A stretch of 64,000 nucleotides of DNA from NCBI GenBank assembly GCA_963693365.1, contig CAVNZM010000001.1:863554-927553 (forward strand). Reading direction: 5' to 3'. The notes beneath the pieces were generated by a model that saw nothing but the letters and a program-made list of their open reading frames with translations, made no database searches and was not told the DNA's origin. A program made the translations under genes and the position numbers. Of this stretch, positions 33,601-47,001 are shown one piece after another (positions within the stretch are counted from its first letter, which is position 1; each line of letters begins with the position of its first letter). This stretch comes from Amoebidium appalachense (Eukaryota > Protista > Ichthyosporea).

Positions 33601-34763
33601 TTTTCATCGGCCACAGTTGCCGCGCAAAAATGTTATGCTACTTTCCTCGATTCCTCAACCGCTCCCTTGTTAATAGGGAGCCAATCATTGCCTTCTTCAT
33701 TTGTAATCCTCGACTAAAAACATGACATCCTCGACATCCTTGTTCATAGCAAGCCAATCAGCGACTTTCTCATTATTTATCCTCGATCATAAACACGACA
33801 TCCTCGAGCAATCACAAAAAAACTTGCCATATTAGGACGCTTTTTGCATCCTCGATTCCTCTTTACGTTTCGTTGTTTTCAGTGCCTTCCTCGTTTAAGG
33901 CTTTCGTCTTCCGACTATGCATCCTCGATCAATCCTCAAGCAACCCTCCAGCGAGGGCAGACAGCACCGAGGTACCCCCGTATAACGGCACGGCCGGCCG
34001 CTGGGCAGCCTGCGGGGCCGGCGAGCCAATCGGTGCCTTCGAACATCGAGCGTGCAAAGTCACCCATCCATTTGCGCAAGTCTTTCTCATTATCAACCAT
34101 CTCGACTGCCCCACCAACCTGTGGGCCAAAATGTACCCCCTTGGATATCTGTAGCTGGAAGTTGGTCTGTGCTTCGATTGCCGTCAACTGCATGTTGGAT
34201 GTAGCGCAGAGCCCTGACTCGATGAGGTCGATGGGAGGGGGAAGCTCACTGTGTGTCCTCGCATCAATGTCAAGATACTGCTCAAGCGTGCTGCTCGCTC
34301 TGGATGCTATTTCAATGACGGTGTCATCATTTGGTCGCTCCAAACCTGGGTCCGTGTCCAAATCGAGTGTATACCGCGCCCGAACACTGTGATCAATAAA
34401 CCGCGAAAGCATCTCCTGTTCCGGTTGCCGGCCGCTCTGCGGGATATCCCCCAGCTCGCCATTCATTCGGTCAAACGAGAAGCACCAAAACACCGAAGCT
34501 GTGTGTGTAGTGGGTCAGTCCCCGACATGTGTAGTATTAGAGCTGGTAGATGTTGATGCCAGTAGAAAAGAGCTGTAACTGAAAGAAAGTCGCGTTGGGG
34601 AGGGTGGGGGGGGGGGGGGGGGGGGATGTGCATGCGTGTGCGCGCGCATGTGTGTGTGAGTGTGAGTGTGAGTGTGTGTGTGCGTGTGTGCGTGTGTGCG
34701 TGTGTGTGTGTGTGTGTGTATGTGTGTGTGTGTGTGTGCGTGAGTGTGTGTGTGTGCGCGCGA

Positions 34764-34802
<39 letters not shown>

Positions 34803-36867
34803 TGCGCAAGTGTGCGTGTGTGTGCGCGCACATACACCCGTGTGAATGTGTGTGTTGTTGCGTGTGGTGTGCGTGTGGGGGTGGGTGGGTAGTGTACATG
34901 TGCCTGTGTGTGTGAATGTACGTGTGTGTGAACGTTTGCTAAGGTGTGGTTTGGGTTGTGACAGGGGCAGGTAGAAAGGGAGGGGGGGGGGGGGGGGGAT
35001 GAAACGTAAAAGAGTAGGTGCTCGAAAAGAAAAGGCCCCGATTGGAGGGGGGGGGGGGGGGGAGCTACAAGGTAAGAAATGGCCGAAGGTTTAGAAGGAG
35101 GAACTTCATAAATTCGAGGTCGTAAGTCTGCCTTTGCTTTCCTTCTGTGGCATCCATTGTATGACATCCACAACGCAAATATTAAATAATGACCCATTTA
35201 TTTAGACACAGGTCTGGCGCTACACACATGAGTGGCCAACACAACAGGCAAAGTAACCCACAAGCCTCACCTGGGCCATAGTCTCGTAGACAACGAGCAA
35301 TATGCAGTGCCATGTGGTAGTTCACGGAGACCGCCCATTTGCCGTTCAACTTGTAAAACATATGATGGTGGTCGTTGATGAGAGTCTCGAACTCATTGAT
35401 GCTCTCCATTGTGAGCGAGGTGCGCATCATGATGTCCACGGCAGAGTATAGCTTCTGCAGTACCGTACAGATCTGTAAGTACTTCCCACTCTCGAAGAAT
35501 CCAGAGCCAAACCCTCCCTCCTCCCACCCCCCTCCACCCTTTCCACCCCACCCCACCCATTCCATCCCAACCCCTTCCCCCCATCCAGCCCTTTCCACAA
35601 ACGGCCCCTGTCTCGTGATAATTCCCTTACTAAGATAGCCGCAAAGTGCAGGGGGGGGGGGGTCGCTGTGGGAGGGAAGATTGAAAGTGAACAATAATGG
35701 GAAGCCAGGAAATGCCCGGCTAATCATGTTTAGGTGACCTCTGCTTATTGAGAACGGCAAAGGTATCGGAATAGTAGGAATTGGTCGAATGAGATCGACT
35801 ACCGCAACAATGTGCGCAGGGGTAGTGAGATACGTGCGTAGTGGGCAGTTAAAACCACAGGGGAGAGGAGTGGAACACACCAAAGAGCACTCGTATGCCT
35901 TGTCAGACACTAGACCCTCCAGACATGCAGGTCCGTATACTGTAGCCCAGTTTTTCCACTGTGCTGCTTTGGTGCCGCTAAGGGTGCTGCCATGTCTGGT
36001 GATGCTAGTGGGTAGCTGCCCGATGTCAGACGGAAGCAGGGTGCCCAGCTTTGCTATCCGCTGGGCCAAGATTTCCTTTTTTCCTCGCTCATGGGGGCAC
36101 GCCCGGTTGCCTCGTTGCCATTTATATGCAAATACATATCGTCCTTCACCTGCAGAGGGGGCCTTGAGTCCGCACGTGGAAAGTAAAAACCACGATAGCT
36201 AATTATTCATGATGACATCTGAGTACATAAATCTATGCTTTGAATCAACTTCATTCAAACCAACAGTGGCATGTGTGATCTATATGAGCTGGTTTGTGTG
36301 GCCTGAAACCTATATCTGGCTACCCGACGGAAGTTGCATTGTTCCTAAACAAGAGATTGCAGTTGAGGGCAGCAACTATTGTAATTTTTCCAAGTCCTTG
36401 CACATAGTGTACGTCCTTATAGACCTCATCGGCTTGATCTCTACATATTTGTGGTCCTGTCGACCGCCTGTATACAGCTATGATCCTGGAAAATGAACAT
36501 GCCCCCTTCAACCTAAGTTCACGGTTGGGGAAGGAAAACTTACCAAACCTAGGAAAATATTGTGCATTGGGTCAATTGCCGCCATCCTGATTATGTCAAA
36601 GTAGGGAAGACGGTACAACTCGGTATAGCGTAGCCCGTTCAGTTTAGCCACCCTTTCTCTGCCGTCACGAGTCTGCTCCCTCAGCCAATCGTTCGCTTTT
36701 CTGATGTGCAGGTATGGTATGCGTAGTAGTGGTTAGCGTGATACAAGGTTGGCAAACAGCTGCTTGCCACAGAATGCCAACGTGTGTCTACATGCAGTGG
36801 ACCAAGCATGTATTCGAGGCAGAATGATTTAAACTAGTCACTTTTGCTCTGCCCCCCCCCCCCCCCC

Positions 36868-36944
<77 letters not shown>

Positions 36945-37211
36945 CCCCCCCCCCCCCCCCCCTCCCCCCCCCCCTCCCCCCCCCCCCCCCCCCAAAGTGT
37001 TTGCTGTCCTCCCGCGTTCACCCTCCCCAAGACCACAGAGACCCACACACCCACGAGATATTTTTAGAAGCAAAACATTTCTATTATGACCCCCCACAAC
37101 CCCACCTGACGCTCTAAGACCCTTCTCCCCATTTTCTCTACTCTGTGTGCACCAACACACCAAGGAATCCAAAATCCCCCGCAAAACAGGAGCCTTTCGT
37201 GCATGTGCGCT

Positions 37212-37225
37212 CATCAGCAAACCCC
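37212..37225 (+). repeat. Left TIR CATCAGCAAACCCC
   Basis: Perfect inverted match to 60131-60144. Confidence 0.9.
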
Positions 37226-38481
37226 ACCCCCCCGTTAAATTGTATCCTCGTACACATTTTGAACACTTGAATGTCCAAAAATGTTCAAAAATTCGTACAT
37301 TCAGTGAATCGTATATGGATACCTATTCGAATGCCACCTGACACCACATGGTATATGTGTGTACCTAGCCGAATACTACATGAATACATGCCCAAGTACC
37401 TTGTGAATGCACACTAGATAACGTATGAATGCACTATAGATACCGTATTCATACCACTTGGACACCGTGTTCTGAGTATACACGTACATACGCGTACATG
37501 ACCAGACATTCAGTTGGAATACATATTTGTGTATATGGGGTACATGTGGAGTGCTTTATAAATACCCGTTCAGTGACACTGGAACGTCCACAAATACACT
37601 ATGTGAATGTTTCGAAAATACTCCACAAACACGATCTGAGTACGACATATGTGTTCATGAATAGTAACTGCGAACGTTATTCGGTGCACACATATGTACT
37701 CAAATAGCATCTCACGAATGCCTAAGGGTACCATAAAATACCTTATTTGAACACAAACGGATGCCATAAAGGCGTTCGTAGAACAGCATGTTTAGTGCAA
37801 ATGAATACGTTTTTGGACACTAACAACATATTCAGGCAGTATTTTTCGACCATACTCGTAATACATTTATATACACGAATTTGACATTCGTGTATGTTCA
37901 TGGGGCATTGTAAGAACAATATAGAGATGTTCACATTGTGTGTTTATTGGTATTCATAAATTGTTCGTGGGCGCCCACATTTATTCACACAATACATTCG
38001 AGAATACCCTACTATTACGACATGAGTAACTTTTGAATGTACATGCCCAGCATTCATTGAACACTAATATGTACCGACTCACTCTGTCGACGTCCCCCCC
38101 CCCCCTCCCCCTCCCCCCTCCCTCCCCTCCCCCCCCCCCCCTTCCCCCCCATATCCCCCTTCCGTTCCCCCTACCCACCCCCTATTACTTATATACCCAT
38201 GCATTGTTCAGAATCTGAAGTCAGAAGATTTTCTTTATTGTGTTGGCTGACACCAAAACACCAAGAAAAATCTAAGTCACCATGGTTTCGTAATTTTTTT
38301 TCTAAAATAAAATAAAGACACACATACACAAAGACAAAGACACACACACACATGTATTGTTCAGAATCTAAAGTAACAACATATTCATTATTATTTTGGC
38401 TGACACTAAAAGCACCAAGTAAAAATCACAATAAAAAATAGTTTCGTATTAATAATTTCTACTTGTGCCTATCACTAGAGT

Positions 38482-38826
38482 TCACACTTCCTCCTGCCCA
38501 GGCAGGGCGTCGGCGTGTGCAGGGTCATCCACTCTCTTGTCGCCGTTCTGGTCGCCGGCCTCTTGCGCCTTCTTCTCCTTCTCCTCAGCCGCGGCCCTTT
38601 TGGCATCAGCTATAGCTGCCGCCTTTGCTGCTTCTTGCTTGGCCTTGACGTACATCTTGAAATTCCTCTTGTACTGTGGGGAAACATATGGTGAGCAAAT
38701 GGAACACAATAAAACAGCTATTACTATCTAATCTACATACTCTACATTACCTCGCAGTTGGCGCTGGAAAAAGAATAATGTGTTCGGGTTCGAATTGTGC
38801 TTCCGTTTGGGTGTGTAATTGCAGTT

Positions 38827-38857
<31 letters not shown>

Positions 38858-38861
38858 AGAG

Positions 38862-38942
<81 letters not shown>

Positions 38943-39217
38943 AGAGAGACTGTGTGTCTGTGTGTGTGTTTGTGTTTCTGTGTGTGGTGTGACCGTCGTG
39001 CATGTGTTTCTGTTTTTGTGGGTGCGTGTTTGCGTGTGTGTTTGCGTGTGTGTTTGTGTGTGTGTTTGTGTGTGCATTTTTTTTGGGTGTATGTGTGTGT
39101 TCGTGGGTGTGTGTGTGTTCGTGTGTGTGTGACAGATAAACGGGGTGAGACAGAGAGAGATAGAGAGATAGAGAGATAGAGAAGAAGAGAGAGAGAGAGG
39201 GAGAGAGAGAGAGAGAG

Positions 39218-39256
<39 letters not shown>

Positions 39257-40152
39257 CTGTGTGTGTGTGCATGATGTGTGTGTTCATTCGGTGGGAGCCA
39301 GGGGAAGAAAGAAAGAGAAGGGGGGGGGGGGGGGGGGGGGGGGGAAGGCTGTCACCTTCTTCAGGTCGTGAAGGGCAGCGTTGTAGCCTGTGGCGTTTAA
39401 CTTGTCGCTGTTGTTGAGCCGGCCGAAGATGCCGGAATCACGGTAGGAGGGGCAGAAGAGCACCTCCTTCACGATGTACATGCAGTAGGCATGTGTGGTC
39501 GTGAAAGAGGAAACCTGGATGTGGGGAAAGGAGGATGAAAGTTAGTTAGGGTGTACAAGGAATCAACACGTTTTTGCTCTATCTCTTGAATGTTCCTAGT
39601 GGGAAGGGGGATGGGCGAGGAGGTGGGGGGGGGGGGGGGGGGGGGGTGTAAATAAGGATCCGAGAGTATTATGGTGCAGTATGCTTGCCTAGAGAGAGGG
39701 TGCAATGTACTGAACTGCTTAGACAACCAAGAGAAAAGCAAATACCTGGTCGGAAGCCGGGGCTATCTTCTTCACAATTTGTCGGAAGATGCTGTTCATG
39801 CCGGGGCGGCCTTGCTCGTCGACCCACCACTTCGGCCCAAGCACAAACTGCTCACCGTTGGCCTCGGCCACATACATGCTGGTTAGCCTGTTGAAGGCTT
39901 GCTTGCGCTCTTCAGTGCCGGCCCCATGTTCCTGTGTTTAACGTGGGGGGGGGGGGGGGGGGGGGGGGGGTAAGCAATATATATCAAGTGATTGGAAGTG
40001 ATTGTTTCTATCAGGACACAATGGGAGAGTTAAAGGAGAGGGTTTGAAAAGAAGTTAGGAAGGAGAGGCTGAGGGAGGAAGCAAGTTAAAAGAGAGTATT
40101 TAAGGGGAAAGTAGGAGGGAGAAACTGAGGTGGGAAGTTTTTTTTATGTTTT

Positions 40153-40183
<31 letters not shown>

Positions 40184-41233
40184 GGGGGGAGTGGTAAAAA
40201 AACAAGTAAAAAGGAATAGGACAGGGTTGAATGTTCATCATCGAAGTGCCTTTAGTGCAATTGAATACTCGTAAATACACAATGACGAACACATCTGAAT
40301 AAACACTTTGTACATCAACGAATGCAATGCACTGGTTAATGGTACTAACACATGCAATATAATGTTCAATGTACACTCGAACAACACCTGTGTAACATAC
40401 GAACACTCATCAAGGACACCCAAGAACATACGAATAGTACATACATAGTGCTAAACAATGGAATCGTTTCAAGTTAGATTAAAAACAAATACCAAAGAGA
40501 TGGTGGTGAATGGGGTAGTTAAATATAAAAACATATACCAAAGAGATGGTGGTGCGTGGGATAGTGTGGGATAGTGTGGGGGAGGGGGGGGGGGGGGGGG
40601 GGGGGGGGGGATGGGGATGGGGATGCATACACTGATGTCGTACTTCTCCTCCAGTTGCGGGTAAGCCACATTGCGTAGCTTCCACGCAAACTGGCCACGC
40701 CCGTGGCGTACAGCGTCACGGATCGGTCCCCGGTGGTACTTCTGGGCGATGAAGGCCTTGATCCCCTCGTCCTCACGGTCGCCCTCCTCGATGAGGCCCT
40801 TCTCCTCGGCGAGCAGCCACACAGCCTCGTCGAGGTCAAGGTCCGTGGCACAGTAGGTCATGCCAAAGACAATCCTGGTGACGTCTGATGTTGACGTCAC
40901 CCTCCTGAGGTTGTGGTAGAGCTGGCATGTGTATGTGTGTATGAATCATGTGTTGTGCAGAGGGCCAGGGGGAAGGGGCAAAAGGGGGGGGGGGGGGGGG
41001 TTAGTTATCCACAGTGATGGCACAAGATTACGTCAAGGTGGAGGATCTCAATACATGTATTTGTGTTTTGATTCTCTTCGGGGAAAGATGGGGGAGGGGG
41101 GGGGGGGGGGGGGGGGGAGGCGGGTGAAGGCGTGGGGTGGGGGGGTGGGGGGAAGATAAGCCATGCACGGCATGATAAGCAGTCCAACTCAAAGGGCAGG
41201 CACTAATTTCAAAAATTATTTGTATGTTTTTTT

Positions 41234-41284
<51 letters not shown>

Positions 41285-42348
41285 GAGAATGAGGTGAACG
41301 ACGTGACATGGTACCAAATAGTACACTACGAATAGCACATACATGGTAACAAAGGATGCAGCACGTTAGCCTCTTTTAAGTAAACATGGGCCCCGGGGGG
41401 GGAAGAGGGAGGGGGAGGGGGTATAAGGAGAGCATGCAGGGGCAAAAAAGGGTGGGGGTGAGGGAGGGTCGGTGGGTGGGTGAGTGGGGGGGGGGGGGGG
41501 GGGGGAGAACATACCGTTGAGACCTTGGAGGACATCTGGGCAACCACGATCTGCGGGATGGCCATCTCACTTTTCGAAGGTCGCTTGCGGTCAAATTCTT
41601 GAGCCGCCTTCTTGGGCTTAGATGCCGGGCTTTCCTGCCCGGCAAGCTCAGGGAAGGCGGCCTTCCACCTGCCCTCGGCGAGTGTCCACAAGTCCTCGGT
41701 GGTAAGGCCGGGGTTGGCCTGTTGAATCCGGACAATCTCCTTGGTGATGAAGAGGTGCTTCTGCTGGCCTGGGGAAAAAAAAAAGATTAGCAAGGGTGGT
41801 AATGAGAGAGGGACGGGGGGTGTTGTGCTGTCATGGGGGGAGGGGGGGGGGGGGGGGGAAGAGCAGAAACCAAGTCACTTACCAGGGGCAATAGCTGGCT
41901 TCTCGCCGCCCTGCTGAGGTGGAACCACCTCTTCCGCCTCACTCTCCGACTCCTCTGCCTCATCCGCCGAATAGTTCGAATCTCGATCGTCGTCTCCGTT
42001 TAGATCAGAACCAACACTGTCGTCTTCTTCCTGATCTTCGGATTCGGGCTCACTTTCGAAAAGATCATCGCCGTCGTCGCTGCTGCCCTCGATATCCTGA
42101 CGTGCTTTCTTCTTACTTGCCCCAACACCACTACCCGCCTTGCGCTTGTTACTACCTTCCGCAAACGTAGCGGCCAGATCGAGATCGTCGTCGGGTTGCA
42201 CCGTTTTGGTGGCTTTGCCATTTTGTTTTACTGGAACTCTTGCTTTCGAGCCTTTGGAAGTGGCTTGAGTAGTAGCCTTATTCTTTGGGCCCCTGGGTGT
42301 TTGCCCCTTCCCGCCCCTACCCCCTTTCTTAGTCGCACGCCCTGACAT
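38482..42348 (-). CDS. Transposon accessory gene B, 6 exons, ~515 aa, basic/acidic N-terminus + HMG-box/YABBY-like helix
   Basis: GT-AG exons 42348-41883, 41768-41515, 40921-40631, 39931-39746, 39514-39356 and 38673-38482 join into one open frame; contains LFITKEIVRIQQANPGLTTEDLWTLAEGRWK. Confidence 0.8.
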
Positions 42349-44018
42349 ACTACGTGATTCTCAGCTAATGGGAGTGAACTGATGTTTTGTTTTTGGGCCA
42401 ACGAAAGTGGACCTGTTTTTGCCGAAGGTTCTAGTGACTCAACGTACAACTACTATTGCGAACCAAGGATGGGTTTGGTATTAAAAGGTTGGGGTCTGTG
42501 CAGGGTCTGTGCAAGTGACTTGCACACGTGCTGTATTTATGAACACCCATGGTGTGCTATTGTATAGTCACAGAATGCTACGCCGGTGTCCTGCACTCTA
42601 CCACAACAAAACGCTGACTGGTTCGTTGCTCGTCTCTCTCAGTTCAAAATGCCAGGAAGATTGGATCGTCGCACCAATGCAGAGCGCAGCAAATTCTCAA
42701 CGGGCCAGCGGCATATAAGAGCGACACATAGCTTAAAAAAACGTTAACAAACTATAACAATAAAATTAGTCGAAAATTATACAGATATAATATTAAAGTT
42801 GATTCTGAACCTGTATATAATGTATTTTGCTGATCAGTATACTTCTCTCTTAGGCGCGATGCACACGACGCCAGGATCTCGGTCTGCCCCCCTCGAATTG
42901 TCCATCTTCTAATGCGCAAAACATGTGGTAACAAAATGTCGTAGTATTACACGAGCAATCGCACAGCAAAATAACAAAAAGATAAAAGCCTTTGGCAAAA
43001 GAAAATTAATGTTTGATAGCTAAGTTCATGATCTTTGTAAACATTGGACAGGAATTCTTTTCAGAGCGACTGAGTCCCAAGCCCGACCATAACCCCGTTT
43101 TTACGGTAAAAAATACCCAAAAGTTTTCAAAAATACCATCCAAATTTCAGTTTATGGTAAGCCCCCGCAAGTTTCATGGTAAGTTACAGTAGGACCCCTC
43201 CTTTATCCTCCATTGACTTGGGAAGAAAAATACCATACCCCCCGGGCGAAAATACACCGGGGCTTGAAAAAATACCGAGAAAAAAGGTCTGAATTTTCGG
43301 GCTTGAGCGACTCCTCGATTTCCTTCGTTCATTCTGCCCCCCTCCTGAGCAATGAGCTCTCCACCAGTCATTTGTCTCCCGGGCAAGCTAGTCATGTAGA
43401 AACTAATTCACTACATTATTTAATAAGTACATATATTTATATACATTTGTAAAAATATATATACTTGATTTATATATTTTTTTTTTTTATATATATATAT
43501 ATATAATGATATAAACCTGTTGTATTCCCGTAAAGTTTCTTTCATGCCCACTTGCATTTGCTTGGGCAGTCATGATACAGTAGAGTACCGTCGGATACGA
43601 GGTAAACGGTGTCATGTGCGTGCTAATACGCATTTTAATCGTTACCTAACAGCTTGAATCTTTTTGCAATTGTTTTTTTTTTTGCGCTCTATAGCACTGT
43701 TTTTTAGGCTAACTAATTTTTACTGTTGATCCATTTAGTTGACTTCGCTCTACTTCCAAGCCAATGAGCAATCACGCCTGAACAATGTTTTAGACCAATG
43801 AAATCTTTGCGTGATCAGGCTACAGCACCGTGGCATTGCGAATGCCGAACAACTATCATAGGCTATGTACAGTGCACTGTACATGCATGCGCCATGCGCC
43901 AGTATTATATTTACATTATAATTGCCTGAATGTATTGCATTTTAATTGGAAATGTTTTTTTATAAATGATTTTTTTGGTTAAGTTAGTTTAATAAGACTT
44001 AAACAGTGGAGAAAACAA

Positions 44019-44049
<31 letters not shown>

Positions 44050-44245
44050 ATCCGGCCGGGATGGCCGGCCGTGTACATGCTGCGATATCATGCATGATCG
44101 GTCATGATCATGATATATACTATCACGTCTACAATAGTATGAAGATATGTGCTTGTGTACGTAGACCATCGGATAAAATTATTATGCCGTATATTGTGGT
44201 TTATGTGGTAATGGTCAGGGGCACCATTAGGAGGGTGGAAGTGCG

Positions 44246-44278
<33 letters not shown>

Positions 44279-44701
44279 ACAGTGTATGTGGGCCGCGTGG
44301 GGGAGGGAGGGCCGGCTGCGCGCGAGGCCGTCATGTATACACGTGTATACGTACATGCGAGTTTAACACGCCAACGTGTGCACATGTGTACCGGGTATCC
44401 AACAATACGATTCGGGTATTCGAGTTACCTATTGAATGCCCGTTAGCGCCAGCACTGAACGCGTCTGTTCAGTCATTGAACATTATGCATGTTTTTCGTT
44501 GTGGTTTGTCTGGTTTGTTTACATTGCCTTTTTTGGTAGAGAGGCGGCCGTATGGTGCGTGTATAGCCAATGAACAACCAGAGCTATGCCGCGTAGACGG
44601 TGGGGCGTTCTGAGTAACGGCACGGGCGATTCACAATGATCCTTAATTTTTAGAAGAATCACGAGGGAAAAGCGGTGTGTCCCGTTATAAATTTATACAC
44701 A

Positions 44702-45568
44702 ATGGCGTCCCCTTTTAATGATTATCAGTGCCCCGTTTGCCAGCGGTCATCGTTCACGAGGAAACTGAACTTCTTGCAGCATGTACGTGCGTGCGAGCAG
44801 GCCCAGCAGGCCCGGCTGGGTGAAAGGCACAAGGCGAAGAGAGGACCCCATTCCAACAGTGTGTTTTCAAACAACAACGACAGGGCAGAACACAATCATG
44901 ATCATCTCGATCTAAACAACGAATATGGTTCGGACAATCTTGTGGATGACGCCGAGGGGGTCGACAGGGAGCAGGGCTGTGCAGAGCCCCAAAACCCCCC
45001 TCCAAACGAACCACCAAAGAGAAGAATATTTGAACACCCGGGTACCCTCGAGTCGGGGTTTGGGATGATGGGGGATGAGGAGGATATAAGGTTCGGTCGG
45101 CAGTTGCCTGAGTTTATAGCCAAACGGAAAGAGGATGCTACATATCCGTTCCCCACCTACTTTGACGTAAGTGAAAAAAATGGTGCTTGTGTGTGCGTGA
45201 ACAGGTGTGTGTTGGTGTGTGTGGATGGGAGTATCAGTAACCGTGTGTCTGTGTTTGTTTGTGCTTGTGTGTGTCTGTGTGTACGTGCATGTGCATGTGT
45301 GTGTATCATGTGCACGTGCGTGCACCGTACATCCGTGTGTGTCATCTAACAACATGCCTACCCAACCCTGCAGGAAGATGTGGCACGATTCACAACGGAG
45401 AGCCAACTGTCTACAGCAGACACAGACCGGCTATTAAAATTGCTAAGGAAACACATTAGTGGCGAGGTACTGAAGACCAAGACGGCTAAATCCATGAAAA
45501 AGGCCATTCAGAAGATTCCTGCTCCTGTATGCAAACCCCCCCCCCCCCCCCAAAAAAAAAAAAACAAA

Positions 45569-45614
<46 letters not shown>

Positions 45615-46968
45615 GGGAAAAAAGAAAATACATACAAATGGGTCCCTATTCGTGTACGCGTTTATTCGTGAGTGTTCGGGCCAGTGTACCAATGTGCATT
45701 CCCATATACCGGCGCGCTGTACAGGAATACCATGATTGTATATTTAGACAGCTGAACACCCTGACCTGGATATGGGGGACTACCGTTGAATACAATCGTA
45801 TAGTTACAGGTGCTAGTGAATAGGGTTGGTCAGGGGTCATAGATGTAGGTTACTGCCCGGTGTGGGCCACTAAGCTTCCGAGCGTTTGGTCCTAACCCCC
45901 CCCCCCCCCCCCCTCCCTGCGGCACACCGGCACCCGCAGGAGTGGACAGTTCGCACGCTGAAACTGGGTAAAAAATACGAAGATAAGGGGGCCCAGCCCA
46001 TTCAATTCAGAATGCGCAACATCCGACACTGCATTCAGAGTCTTCTGCTCAACCCAAACGCTAAGGGAAATATGGACTTCACGTCCACCTATCCCCACAC
46101 CGAAAATGGTGATAGGATCTATGGCGAGCACAGTTCTAGTGACTGGTTTCACCGCATAGAGGTATAGTGCCATATGTGTATGTGTATGTGTACGTGTTTG
46201 TGTCTCAAGGTGTGTGTGTGTGATGTGTCTGCAGTTTGAGTGCAGTGTCAGGGTAAAAGTGTGTGTCACGTGTGTGTGTGTGTTACTGTGCGAGTGTGTG
46301 AATATGGGTGTGTTTGTGTGTGTCTGTCACCACGGTGTGATGATGATGATGTGTGTGTGTGTTAGCGTGTGTGTGCATGTGTGTGTGTGCATGGGTGTGT
46401 GTGCATGGGTGTGCATGTACACCTCTAAATTATGTGTTGTGGTGTGTGCTTATTTATCATCTCACCTTTGAACTGCAGGAGGACATCGACGTAGGAGGTG
46501 TGCTCCTGTCCCTGATCCTCTACTCAGACCAGACAAAGCTCACCGTGTTCGGCAACACAACTTGCTATCCTGTGTACCTGTCAATCGGCAACATCCACCG
46601 CAGGACGAGGAGCCAAGACTGGGCCAGGTGGGTTTCACATGCACGCGAGCACTGCACTTATGATGTATTTCACACCAGGATAGAGCCGGCTAACACTGAA
46701 TAATCTTGTACAGGGTGGCAATTGCGTACATCCCAAAGCCGACCTTTTCCAAGGAGGTCAGCGACGCGACGGTGACTTCAGCCAATCTTCGGGTGTTTCA
46801 GGTTGTTCTTAATGAGGTGGTCGGCAAATCTCTCCGTCAACTAGCCAGGCTGGGTGGTATGTGGGCGTACCATGCTGACGGCATGTGGAGGTGCTACCAT
46901 CCTCGAGTGTCATATTACATCACGGACTGGCCCGAAGGCCGTAAGGTGTGCTGCATGAAACAGTATGT

Positions 46969-47001
<33 letters not shown>

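Noticed and set aside
43060-43320. Possible MITE bounded by CAAGCCCGA/TCGGGCTTG
   Set aside because: The inverted match is only 9 bp, with no TSD or second copy.
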